DNA of 64,000 nt, from assembly GCF_009914755.1 (NCBI RefSeq), contig NC_060936.1. The stretch is one strand, 5' to 3'. The position numbers were made by a program, and so were the translations under genes. The notes below the pieces were generated by a model. That model was not told where the DNA came from, made no database searches, and worked only from the letters and a program-made list of their open reading frames with translations. Below are positions 16,501 through 30,745 of the stretch, piece after piece. Origin of the DNA: the human T2T-CHM13v2.0 reference genome, Homo sapiens. Each line of letters starts with the position of its first letter. Position 1 is the first letter of the stretch.

Positions 16501-16648
16501 TGCTGTAATTGCTCACCACCAGACTAGAAGGGTGGTATTTTCCAGCCCTGCCTAGAATGGGTTAAGCCACTGTCCTTCTCATAATGCTGAAGAAACATCT
16601 TGAGACAATATGATTTACCCTCTCTACTTTTGCTGTCTTTCTTTTTAG

Positions 16649-16855
<207 letters not shown>

Positions 16856-16992
16856 TGAAGGAGCCAGAAAGTTCTGTCAAAGCAGTACAGGGATGAATTG
16901 TCCTTGTCCCTAAGGCAAGAGCAGGAGTTTTGTTAGGCTGGCTCTACATAAAACTCTTTTTTTAGATTTATTTTTTAAAAATAGATAAATTA

Positions 16993-17334
<342 letters not shown>

Positions 17335-17807
17335 CTAATCACAGGAGATTTAAGGCATATATGTTCAAGAAAATTAATGAATGTGCTTTTTAGTGAAATC
17401 CTTCTGCACTATTCTATAACCCAGCTGTCTCTTTCTCTTAGTTTCTCATCTCCCTGATGATAAAATTATTTCTTATGTTGAATTCTTACATTCTAGACAG
17501 TATAGATTCTAGCTATAGTTTAACATGTTTCTTACTACACCTAAAATTTGCTAATGAAGTTTTCATGGAGAATGAAGAATTTTTTTTAATATTAATATAA
17601 GGAAGATGTACCTAAGCAAAATTGAACAGTTAAATACTGAATTCTTTGATCCTGCCAGAGTAGTTAGATACGTACCTGCCCAAAAAATAAATAAGGTTAG
17701 TTCTTACTTCTGTCCAGAGTCAGGGGAATAGAGGAAGGACCCCTTGTGGATAGACTCCTCTCACTTAAATTATACTGTAATTTTTGCAACGTCAAGAAAT
17801 AAATTTA

Positions 17808-18242
<435 letters not shown>

Positions 18243-18516
18243 TCATTCCCTTTAAACTAAGCACTCTTTCCCCACTGGCTAATCCGTTTTGAGTTTTGTT
18301 AAGTTGCAGGGAGTGTTGAGGCTGCTCTGTGCCCTTTGATCTGGCCTGGCTCCATACTACTGGAAGGCAAAGGGTCTCAGAAGCCCCCATGGTAGGGTCT
18401 AGAAGAGTGATGCCTCCTGTAACAGAGGAAAGGGTCTTTTAAAATATCCTCATGAAACAAAATGTAGACTGGGAAAGAAAGTGACCTTGCAGTGACACCA
18501 TGAATTCATCCTGTAG

Positions 18517-18656
18517 ACCGTCCAGGTCCACCCCAAATTGTGAAGATTGAGGATGTCTGGGGAGAAAATGTCGCTCTCACATGGACTCCACCAAAGGATG
18601 ATGGAAATGCTGCTATCACAGGCTATACCATTCAGAAGGCTGACAAGAAGAGCATG
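18517..18656 (+). CDS. MYBPC1: MYBPC1 exon, first half of Fn3 C9 ([47 protein letters not shown])
   Basis: tgtag| ... |gtaagg, 140 nt. Confidence 0.96.
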
Positions 18657-19205
18657 GTAAGGTCTGGCTTTCTCTGGTTCATCAGTAGCAAAAGGCACAT
18701 TTCATCAGAGGTAAAGGAGATGGCACAAGGGCCTCACTGGTAAGGAGCCAACTGGGGCTATGGAGAAGTGATGTGGCAGAGCAGAAAGGAAAAGACCTGT
18801 GGAGCCACAGAGCTGGTCTTAAACCCCAGCATTGCTACTTAAGACCACATGTATAAGGACCACATGTGACCACAATCACTTGAGCTCTTTGATCTCTATT
18901 TTCCTCATCTATGTAATGGGGGCACAAATATCCCTTGCTTGATTATTACAAAGCTAAAATGATATAAAGCAACTGGTTCAATGTTCAGTAGAATTCAATA
19001 AACTCATTCATTCAACAAATATTTGCTCAAGACTTTGACTCAGATTTACACCCATGCAACTCTTTCTCCTTGTGAAATAAATGTTGGATACTGTGCACTT
19101 ATGTCTACAAAAAAGTAAAAAGACAGACACCAGTTAGAACAGAAAGATTCTACAAGGTTACAGCATGTGCAAATGCGGAAAGGTCTGGAGAAAAAGAGCT
19201 TAATG

Positions 19206-19414
19206 CAAACTTGTCCAACCCGTGGCCCACAGGCCTCATGCAACCCAGGACGGCTTTGAATGCAGCCCAACACATATTTGTAAACTTTCTTAAAACGTTA
19301 TGAGTTTTTTTATGATTTTTTTTCAGCTCATCAGCTATCGTTAGCGTTAGTCTATTTTATGTGTGGCCCAAGACAATTCTTTTTCCAGGGAAGCCAAAAG
19401 ATTGAAAACCCCTG
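19206..19414 (-). mobile_element. MER30 (hAT MITE) with perfect 8-bp TSD
   Basis: MER30 body; gcttaatg at 19198-19205 and 19415-19422. Confidence 0.88.
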
Positions 19415-19522
19415 GCTTAATGTGTTTAAAAAGCAACCTAGTTGGAGTATGACTTATTATAAACTTATTTTATAGATGAGGAAACTGAGGCTTGCAGAGG
19501 ATAAATGACTTGCTAAAGATCA

Positions 19523-19996
<474 letters not shown>

Positions 19997-20460
19997 AATG
20001 TTAAATAAATGTACTGGATATTACTAATGTTTCTCTAGTGATTTAGCTTCAGGTCTTTCTCATAATAAGTTGGCACTAAAATTCTGTAGTTATACTTTAT
20101 TCTACAAAAGATAGCTAGGAAGACAAATAGGTAGGTAGACAGGTAGATAAATAGATGACAGACACCTAAAGGTTATGAAAAAATATAAAGATAGTAGATG
20201 GCAACTAGGGTATATGAATCTAATGTGTAAATGAAGATTAAATTACATAGTCAATTGCAAATAAGTTGTGAAATATTAAACAAAATATACATTGTTTCAA
20301 CACATTTTAACAACATATATTATTACTCTCCATATAAAAATGAGTGGTCTTTTTTTCTTTTTGTTAATAAAGCATCCTTGTTATTTATCCCAATCTACAG
20401 TTAGAAAAATTGTATACTTTTAGGTGATTTTCCTCCAGTTATTATTTTTTTTTCTTTTAG

Positions 20461-20637
<177 letters not shown>

Positions 20638-21326
20638 TGACATTTGAAAACCTTGGTTGACAGTGACCAGACAGAGAAGACTGGAAAAAGAGATGTGGTG
20701 AAAGGGAACAAAAAAATGGTAAATGTACATTGTAAAATTATGATAATGGTGTTCAAGTAAAATTTTAATTTTACAGGTAAAATTTAAGTGAAATTGTATT
20801 ATTATTGCATTTTTTACAAATATAGGCTTTAATTAATTCCAGGTTCTAGGCAGTGGATCTATAAATGGCTAATACCCCAGAGGCTGGAAGAAGTAGACAT
20901 TTTCTTCTAGAGTTTCTACTTTTATTCTTGGACACCTTTATTGTAGCTACACATGGGACCCACTCTGTGATAAAAGGAGAAACTAAATTCTATCCTTATC
21001 TTTTCTTTTCATCATAAACCACTCTTCTTAAAACCTTCCTTGTGTATTTTCACATTAGAACAAATTTCTATTCAAAATACTCAGAAAGACACCAAAGTCT
21101 TCTCAATATCTGGTTCAGTTTCAGATGACCCCTCTGGCTTTCTATCCCACGTGTGATTGGCTATACATTTATACCCCTCAGAATGTTTGCCACATGGCAT
21201 TTGCTCATCTTTGTCCATGTTTTTCTAAGTTCAGGGAAGTTTTAATCATGTGTAAAGTATGCCACCAATAATATATTCTCAGGCCAATTTACATAATTTT
21301 AACATATTTGTAATGCTTGTTTTTAA

Positions 21327-21581
<255 letters not shown>

Positions 21582-21779
21582 TAGAAGGTGGTAGTGGTGG
21601 TAGATTATTAGGCACACTATTCAGATGTAGTAGTAAAAAATGCTTACATTTCTTTGCTAAGGGATTCCTTCTAAAGAAAAAGCAAACCACCTATTTAAAA
21701 AAGAACATCTCCTGTGTAAGGAGATGGAAGTATAATAATATTGTTTCACTTGGAAAATTAGGTGGTAATGTCAAGAATT

Positions 21780-21859
21780 CTGTGATAGGTTAAAGTAAAC
21801 AACAATCACACTACACTGTCTGCGATAGGTTAAAGTAAACAACAATTACACTACACTGT
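21780..21859. repeat. 40-bp tandem duplication
   Basis: ctg(t/c)gataggttaaagtaaacaacaat(c/t)acactacactgt x2, 2 mismatches. Confidence 0.95.
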
Positions 21860-22104
21860 AAGACAGAATATGAATGTGCTTTGATAAGGGTACAGTGTGC
21901 TAAGAAGGGAGCTATCATATCCAGTTGAAGAGATTAGAAAGGTTTCAAGGTTTCATGTTTGCATTTGGAAAGAACAACGAATTAATGAATATCGCCCATA
22001 GAGATGTACATATCCCTGGGTGCAAGACAGAAAGTACCCTAGAATTGGGAAAATTTATGAACTTCTTTTTTTCCTGTATATACCTTGATCAGAAATAGGG
22101 AAGT

Positions 22105-22410
<306 letters not shown>

Positions 22411-23104
22411 TCAGACTAAGGATGAGAGAAAGGTGCTGAACTAATGTTTACTTGGAAATGATGTTGGTACATCCAAATGGGAATGATGAGGAAGCAGATG
22501 GAGAGGTTCACCCGGAGCCTAGGAGAAAGGCCAGGGCTGTTGCTCTTGGTTTGGGAGTCCCATACATAAAGATGCTACATTCTACCCCTTGCCAAAGCTT
22601 TAGAAAGGTGTGAGGCTCAGTGATCGCTCCCATTTGACGGGTGGAAGGAAGAAGAAGACTGTGTGAAGGAGACAGAAAAGGTGCCATCTCTAGGTTCTGA
22701 GCAAGACAAAATAATAGAAGAGGTGGAAGAGAGAATGCAGAGGGTGCATATTTACAAAAGAAAGGAGAAGACAATATGAGAGTGAGGAGTCACTGATATC
22801 AAATGCAGTTCAGAAGTCAAGGAGAATGAAGTCATCTTCCTGGGCAATTGGGTCATTACTGATCTTGCATTATCTGATTGGAGTAGATCCATTGCCATGG
22901 GATGATGAATATAGACATCAGAGGACAGATTAAGTAATGAGGAGGCAGATGCAGTTCATAAAGAATTAAAAAACAGTATCAGGAAAAGGAAGTGAAGAAA
23001 ATCAAATGATCGTGACACTTTATGGGGTTTCTCTGAAAAAAATGCTCAGCAAATATGCACTCTCTACAATGAGTTAACATCATGGACCTATGGATGACAT
23101 TGTT

Positions 23105-23290
23105 TTTTAATTTGAAAGTATTTAATTGGCAAATAAAGGTCATATACATTCAAGCTGAACAATATGATGATTTGATATATGTACACATTGTGTAATGATT
23201 ATCACAATCAAATTAATACATTCATCAGTACCGATGCTGTACATTCGATGCCCAGAACTTGTTCATCCTGTAACTGAAAGTTTGCACCCA
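23105..23290 (-). mobile_element. L1MA-type 3' end fragment
   Basis: acaatatgatgatttgatatatgtacacattgtgtaatgatt...gaacttgttcatcctgtaactgaaagtttgcacc. Confidence 0.75.
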
Positions 23291-23542
23291 TGTAGATCAA
23301 ATTGAAATGCAACTGAATCCATTTGAGAAGATTGCCCTAGAGTTACCTCTGAACACATCTGGCTTTCTTTGTTAGAACTGTTAGTTTGCTTATTTGCCAA
23401 GCACTAAGTAGAGTTTAATGTGAGAAATAGTGTCAAGTAAAAGTCTATCCTTCTCAGATGCACTTTCTTTTTAAGCCATGCTTTAAAATTCTGTCACTGG
23501 CTTTGATGGTCTATTAATATGCCAATTACAGATATGTTTTGA

Positions 23543-23785
<243 letters not shown>

Positions 23786-24778
23786 TAAAGTTAAAGAAAA
23801 TCATTGAATTATTGTTCTTAATGCTTATTGTTCTTAATCCAAATTGCTTGCCAAAATGCTGCAGCGAGGGTGGGAGAGGGTGGTGAGGGCGAGGGAAGCA
23901 GGGAGGGAATTAAGGGAGAGAAGACATTTTTACATCCTGCATTCACTTCACTTTATTTGTGGAAGGCTACTTGTTATTTAAGTCAACTTATTTTTATCTT
24001 ATGTGATTTGTGCTAAGGGACTGTTAACTTCAGTGGAATGTTAGTGTGTGTACAGCATGGTAAGAATGAAAGGGGCTGTCACTTTGGTGACATAACCCAT
24101 CTATAAATAGAAGCCTAGTGTAAAAATCCATCTATTGAAATGACAGTTGAGTAATCTGCACTATTTTTAATTAGTTTACTATCTTGTAAAGTTTGTTATT
24201 TTCTGATATTTATAGAAATAGTTTTGCTAATTAAGTGTTTGATATTACACATATAGAATATAGCATATACATATTATAACAGGCTGCTTTTCAAATCTCT
24301 AACTGGAGAACTTCCATTTATAGGTATACATTTCATTTATACTAGTTTTCAAAGTGTAGCAACTAATGTAAACCAAGAAAACACATAAGGATTTATGCGG
24401 TTGAAAAGCATAACCTGCCATCTTAATCAATTTTCAAATTAATCAACTACCATTTTTATGCTGATATTTTTCTTTACAAGCAGAACCTACTTTGGGACAC
24501 CATGAAAACCCCTTCAAAGAGTCACCATTATGAGATAATAGGTGACATGATCCTAATGTGTTTTCTCTCATTCTTAATTGTATTATATTGCCATTCTGTA
24601 ATAACCAAAATCTTTCTTTTTCCAACCTCTCTATAATGAAGAAATTATAATCAAAAACTAGTAAATATCTATTTTAGAAAATCATAGTAAATGCTTGGGT
24701 ATTTATGTTTTTTAAAAAGAGTCTTTTAGTCCTAAATCTAGTATAAATATGAGAGGGAAACTTCTTGAACAAAATAAC

Positions 24779-24782
<4 letters not shown>

Positions 24783-24845
<63 letters not shown>

Positions 24846-25125
24846 AGACAAGGTCTTGCTCTGTCACCCAGGCTGGAGTGGAAGGGTGCGATCTCAGCTC
24901 ACTGTGACCTCTGCCTCCTGGGTTCAAGCAATTCTCGTGCCTCAGCCTCTTGAGTAGCTGGGATTACAGGCATGCAGCACCACACCCAGCTTATTTTTGT
25001 ATCTTCAGTAAAGACGGGTTTTTGCCGTGTTGGCCAGGCTGGTCTCAAACTCCTGGCCTCAAGCAATCCATCTGCCTTGGCCTCTCAAAGTGCTGGGATT
25101 ATAGGCGTGAGCCACTGCACCCAGC
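24783..25125 (-). mobile_element. Alu with long T tract abutting a (TA)n microsatellite
   Basis: (TA)n 24783-24810, then T run and reverse-strand Alu. Confidence 0.9.
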
Positions 25126-25820
25126 TGCTTTCCTCTTACAACTTTTTAAAGCTGTATTCTTTCTTTTACAATTCATAATTGAGTGAAAGGAAAAAGATTT
25201 GATTTTTTTTCCTCACAAATATAAGGCATATAATATTCTTAGAAAATTTCAAGCCTTACTATTGAGATAACCCTTACAAATTTAAACATTTTTAGCTGCT
25301 TTATTGGCATTAAATGATTAAGTTCATAATTGCAAGTCATCTGGTTTCTAAACTGCTAGCCTTATTAGTTCCAAAGTATTGTTGATGCTTTTGTTTCAAT
25401 ATCCCCCCAAAAAACAAAAACTAAAAAAAAAAGTACCACTTATTTATGCTTTGAAACTAGCTGAATGTTGTTAATGATATAAAATGATGCTTTAACAAAT
25501 GGAACAATATTTGGGGCCCTCCTTAAAAGCGAATAGTATTATACATATACATGATATATTCTTTTTAGTGAAAATGTAGTAAATGGTACAGTAATTAAAT
25601 TTGATAAAAAGAATAATGTATTCTAGTACATAAGTTCATAATAAAGTATCAATTGTGATATATTGATAAAAGCTTTTGGTCCTAAAAGTAAAGCTGAAAT
25701 TGTTTATCATCAGACTGTTACTCTGATAATAGGTAACTTGAATCAAGTTGAGTTGTGAAAAAAGGTAAGAATGTCAACTGAGAATAAATAAATACTGGTA
25801 CAAATATTCTGATTCTGCAG

Positions 25821-25879
25821 TGATATATCAAGGAGTAAATACCCCTGGACAACCAGTCTTCCTGGAGGGGCAGCAACAG
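25821..25879 (+). CDS. MYBPC1: MYBPC1 59-nt cassette exon ([20 protein letters not shown]), frame-switching
   Basis: tgcag| ... cag|gtttaa; peptide recognised as the long C-terminal tail of slow MyBP-C. Confidence 0.88.
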
Positions 25880-26364
25880 GTTTAAAAAGTTTATATCCCA
25901 CTGGATATTCTACTTTCTGTTCCATTCCTCTTACATGAAAATGCACCTTGCATGTAAAGCTTGACTTTCTCATTTGCTTTTAATTGTACCCCTTAGCAGC
26001 TCATGGCATACAGTGCTTATGCCATGAACAAGGAAGGCCAAATTATTCAAGGATATTAAGTAATGTAGAAACTAAGTTTTGTCAGAAAGCTACATACCAT
26101 ACCACAAGTCTCCATGAATAAAGCCAGAAAGCTACATTTGAAGATGATCTCGTTTTATATAATAAGACTATCAAAACTTGGGTATCAATATTTCTTTAAT
26201 ATTTTCATTTTTTAAATGTAGAGAGACTTTTTTAAAGATAGTTGACAGCATAGTTTCCTTACATTCATGATGCAATTCAGAGAACTGAACATTTCAAACA
26301 TTTTTTTTGATGTTCTGAGCATTTTTTATGGAAAGAGGATACAAAAATAGATCCAATATTTAGA

Positions 26365-26663
26365 GGCTGGGCGTGATGGTTCTCGCCTATAATCCCAGCA
26401 CTTTGGGAGGCTGAGGTAGGTGGATCGCTTGATCCCAGGAGTCCAAGATCAGATTGGGCAACATGGCAAACTCCCATCTCTACAAAAAGTACAAAACTTA
26501 GCCAGGTGTGGTGGCACATGCCTATAGTCCTAGCTACTTGGAGAGCTGAGGCAGGAGGATCACTTGAATCTGGAAGGTCGAGGAGGCTTCAGTGAGCCAA
26601 GATCTCCAGCTTAGGTGACAAAGTGAGACTTTGTCTCAAAAAAATAAAAAATAAAAAAAATAA
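26365..26663 (+). mobile_element. AluJ
   Basis: Diverged dimer. Confidence 0.88.
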
Positions 26664-27598
26664 ATTGGGAAACTTACATATTTAAAATATTCCCATTACA
26701 AATTCACAAGTAGAATATCTGTAACCCATCTATCTGTTGAAGATTTTGGACATTTTCATGGGGACTCAAATTATTTCACGTTTATGAACTTAAAAGGAAA
26801 GAAAATTCCAGGCTCTATTACAAAATGTATCAAGCAATAAATGAGTACTATCATATATATGTGATTCACCCCCATTTGGAATTGCAAATTAAGAGTTTTT
26901 TGCAGCTGGGTATGCAACCTGATAAAAACCCTGATAATGTAGATCTATGCCTGAGTTTACAATATTTGTTTTGTGAGTTTCCAGAGATAATAACAGCTTT
27001 CAAAAGAGGAAAAAAGTAAGGTTCTTTTTTGAAAGCTTTGTAGATTGTATATAGAATAGCTTTGTAACATAAGGTTTTGTGTCTATTTAGATCAGTCATA
27101 TATATTCCATGCAGAATACAATATTATAGAATACACTAGTCTAATATTTGTACTTGATAATTTTGCCTTTTAGAATTTCAACATATATATATGTACACTA
27201 ACACTTTGTCTATTGTCTATGTTTTTCTTTTGTTGAAAAACACGATATATATATGTTGTAGGGTTTTGGTTTTTGTATTTGTTTTAAGCTAATGGTTTGG
27301 AAGCTCTTACCATAGATATTCACTATACAATCAGAATGACTTTGCCACCTATTCAGGCAAAGTAGTTGTGCATATTAATAAATGTTTTACATATTAATGA
27401 TCCTTTTGACGTGACTGGATCCCCACCCTTCATTTCATGTGCTTCTATTTTCCTACATCTTTTACATGACTAAGGATTAATGAAATCACCTCTTCATAAT
27501 CATGACCATAATTTCATCCAACAAGTACTCAACTTTGGTGTTAGCACTTTATTAATGCTTACGACTTCTCTCTCTCTCCCTCTTTCTCTTTTCCTTAG

Positions 27599-27641
27599 TC
27601 ATTGCACAATAAGGATTTTTGAATGTATAATATCATCTAAG
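27599..27641 (+). CDS. MYBPC1: MYBPC1 43-nt stop-containing exon read in two frames: VIAQ* (TAA 27610-27612) or SLHNKDF* (TGA 27620-27622)
   Basis: Long pyrimidine tract, ccttag| ... aag|gtaagc; both frames give recognised C-termini. Confidence 0.92.
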
Positions 27642-28798
27642 GTAAGCTTTCATATGGTTTTGGCATATGAAGCTTATGACTGTCATAAGCCATACCAAGC
27701 CTGTGGAGTATGGCATGATTTTCATTACATAATCCAATGAAAATAGACTTATTTTAAATCCCTAACTTTGTAGTTTTAATTTGTATTTCACTATCTTGAA
27801 ATTAACAGCTAGTACTTATCCATCACAGCAGTCTCCTACTGACATGAAGCAAGTTGTTGAATGCAGTAGAGCATGAATGAAAGCATTTAATGTAGACAAA
27901 AATGGGTGATACCCAAGCATTCTGAATTATTTGCATCAAGGAATGGACATGTACATAAGTGGCATCATTTCTACCAATATGTGACTTGAGTTGTTTTTTT
28001 AAAAAAAGGAGAATGACTTTCTCAAATTTGCATTAAAGAAGTTTTTAAGAATGTTCAAATGGCATGCTGCTTTGTCTGGACGTGAATTTATTAGCAAGTA
28101 GTAAAGCACTTCACTAAAGGACCATGAATTTTTGTGGTTTCATGGATTCTCTCTTGAAGGGTACTTTTATTTTTTTAATATAATTCAGAAACTCAGAAGG
28201 TAGGTATGAAATATTGGTAGGTGTTTCTCGCACCTTCAGAAAGTATTGGACCGGTCTTATTATTATAATTTTAACAAAATATTTCCAATTTTTGTGCTTT
28301 TGACATGCATAAATGACCAAAGTTAAAGGGAGTAGTTTTTATCTTTTCTAATGTGCTTGAATCAAAACTCTCTGTGCCTAATTAAAAAGAACATTAACAA
28401 ACTGGAAGCAGATCTTCCCACTGATCCATAATGTGGTATGCATTTATTCTGCTGTTCAGTCAGAACATTTAAATCATCTATGAGGAATCACAAAACCTCT
28501 CAAAGAGCAATAAATACTTTCCAACCACTTGGGAATTTAAATGAAGATTGAACAATAGTAGGGGAAAAACTGCTGTGGTTCTACTGGGAACTTGCTTTTC
28601 CTTCTAGATGCCAAGTGCTTTAAATTCTAAATGTACTAAATCCAGGAGAAGATTTTCCAAGTAGAGACTGAATGAATCTTTGTAACTAATGGGAACATGA
28701 TTAGTCACATTTCCAGGCAGCTAGTCAAGAAGTATTGTTTCAGCGATTTTTCAGGTAGATGGTTTTGATTTGTCTGTTTTCCTTTTGGTCCTCTCTAG

Positions 28799-29090
28799 GT
28801 GGGCTCTCCTTCTGCAGACTCCTCTTGCAAGGCGTACCTCCAAACATAATTGATTCATATCTGCGAGACTTACACTCAAGCAATCCTGAGGAATACTGAG
28901 GGAGGGCCTGGCTACTGTCTCTCTGCACTCTGCTGCTTTGAAATCTGGTTGAAATGAGAAAAAGCATTTTCTGTTTTCCCACCAGGCCCCCAAGTGTGGT
29001 CTTTTTCTTTCCTCCTAATGTTGAAGAGAAAAAAAAAAAAAAAAGTTTGCCCAGATTGCTTAATTAAAAATTGCAAACAAAATCTCATTT
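28799..29090 (+). other. MYBPC1: MYBPC1 non-coding last exon (3' UTR)
   Basis: Pyrimidine tract and ctctag| acceptor; ATTAAA at 29063-29068; 3' end approximate. Confidence 0.75.
29063..29068 (+). terminator. Poly(A) signal ATTAAA (a canonical AATAAA also at 29375-29380)
   Basis: Hexamers read directly; usage inferred. Confidence 0.6.
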
Positions 29091-30248
29091 GAAGTCAGCA
29101 CTTTGGTCATTATTATCTCTGCTCACTGTATTATACTTTACAAAAATGCAAGTCATAGAATAAGCAAAAGCAGTTATTTTTGTTTACATAGTAGGCTATA
29201 AATGCTTTTTTTTTCCTCTCAGAGTAAAAAACATAACACAATGCACCACGACTGGATCTTGAAAACCCATCTTTCTCTTGATCTAGTAGATTTTTCTAAC
29301 CAAAGCGGAGTTGTTGATGTCATACAGGCCTGCTTCACACCAGGATCTGTGCCTTTTTCTTCTTATTTGAATGCAATAAAACATTTTTAAAAGTCTAACT
29401 TTCAAACAAATTTTCTCAGTAGAAGGGATGGTACAACAAATCTGAAGTGTTTGTGATGAAATGATACAATATTCATTCATGCATTTAGGGTTGTATGCCG
29501 AGACACAAAACTGAGGCTAAAGGCTGGGAGCCAGCATGCCCCTGAACCCAGGTCTGCCCTCCCTGTGTCTCTAGCAAGGCATCTTGGCCAAATCTGCCAG
29601 AGCTTCTGCCAAAACAGCTAGTCATAGTGACAGAGGGCTGTTACAGACAACAGACCTATTACAGAGTTAGGGTTTGCTGATGGTATCCATTCAATTTGAT
29701 GGAAACCTTTATTAAAAAATCTAGCAGCTGAGAAACATTTATACTAACCCATAATATTTTCAGCAACTTCCTTTACTCTTCCTGATATAAAGTTTCAGTT
29801 AAGGGAGTAGAATCGAACTGTAAGGTACCACAGCATTACTGTTTATTCCCTCGCCTCCCCTCTGTTTTTCTTTTTGGTCTTTTGTTGCAGGAGCTAAATA
29901 TATTGTGACTTGTTGGTGGGCCCATGGCTTCTTTGGATGACATTTTAAACATATCTGCTCTTTTTTCTTTCCAGATTTTAGCTGGGAAGTTCTATGGTGG
30001 TCATGGATCTGGGTTGATGTTGGGCTCGTAAAGGGAAGGGTGAATGATTCAGGTCGTTGCAGTACATTTGAGAACAAAAGAAAGTCTAGTTTATGTCCAA
30101 ACTATGTTGGCTCTATATATCTCTGTTGAAATTGGTTGGTGATGTTGCCTTACTGGTTGTTAAGAACATTGGCTATCACCCCTGCTCCTATGCTCCCAAA
30201 AACTCCAGAATAATATTGTGTGCAATCCCTGTGTAAACACCAATTTTA

Positions 30249-30745
30249 TTTTATTTTATTTTTATTGCTATAACCCATTGTTTTTTTATATATATATATT
30301 TTTATTATACTCTAAGTTCTAGGGTACATGTGCGCAACGTGCAGGTTTGTTGCATACGTATACATGTGCCATGTTGGTGTGCTGCACCCATTAACTCATC
30401 ATTTACATTAGGTAGATCTCCTAATGCTATCCCTCCCCGCTCCCCCCACCCCACAACAGGCCCTGGTGTGTGATGTTCCCCTTCCTGTGTCCAAGTGTTC
30501 TCATTGTTCAGCTCCCACCTATGAGTGAGAACATGCTGTGTTTGTTTTTTTGTCCTTGCAATAGTTTGCTGAGAATGATGGTTTCCAGCTTCATCCATGT
30601 CCCTACAAATGACATGAACTCATCATTTTTTATGGCTGCATAGTATTCCATGGTGTATATGTGCCACATTTTCTTAATCCAGTCTATCATTGTTGGGCGT
30701 TCCAAGTCTTTGCTATTGTGAGTAGTGCCGCAATAAACATACGTG
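30249..30745 (-). mobile_element. L1PA (primate) 5'-truncated 3' end with 16-bp TSD
   Basis: L1PA 3' UTR and ORF2 C-terminus (WIKKMWHIYTMEYYAAIKNDEFMSFVGTWMKLETIILSKL); TSD gtaaac(a/t)ccaatttta at 30233-30248 and 30746-30761. Confidence 0.95.
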
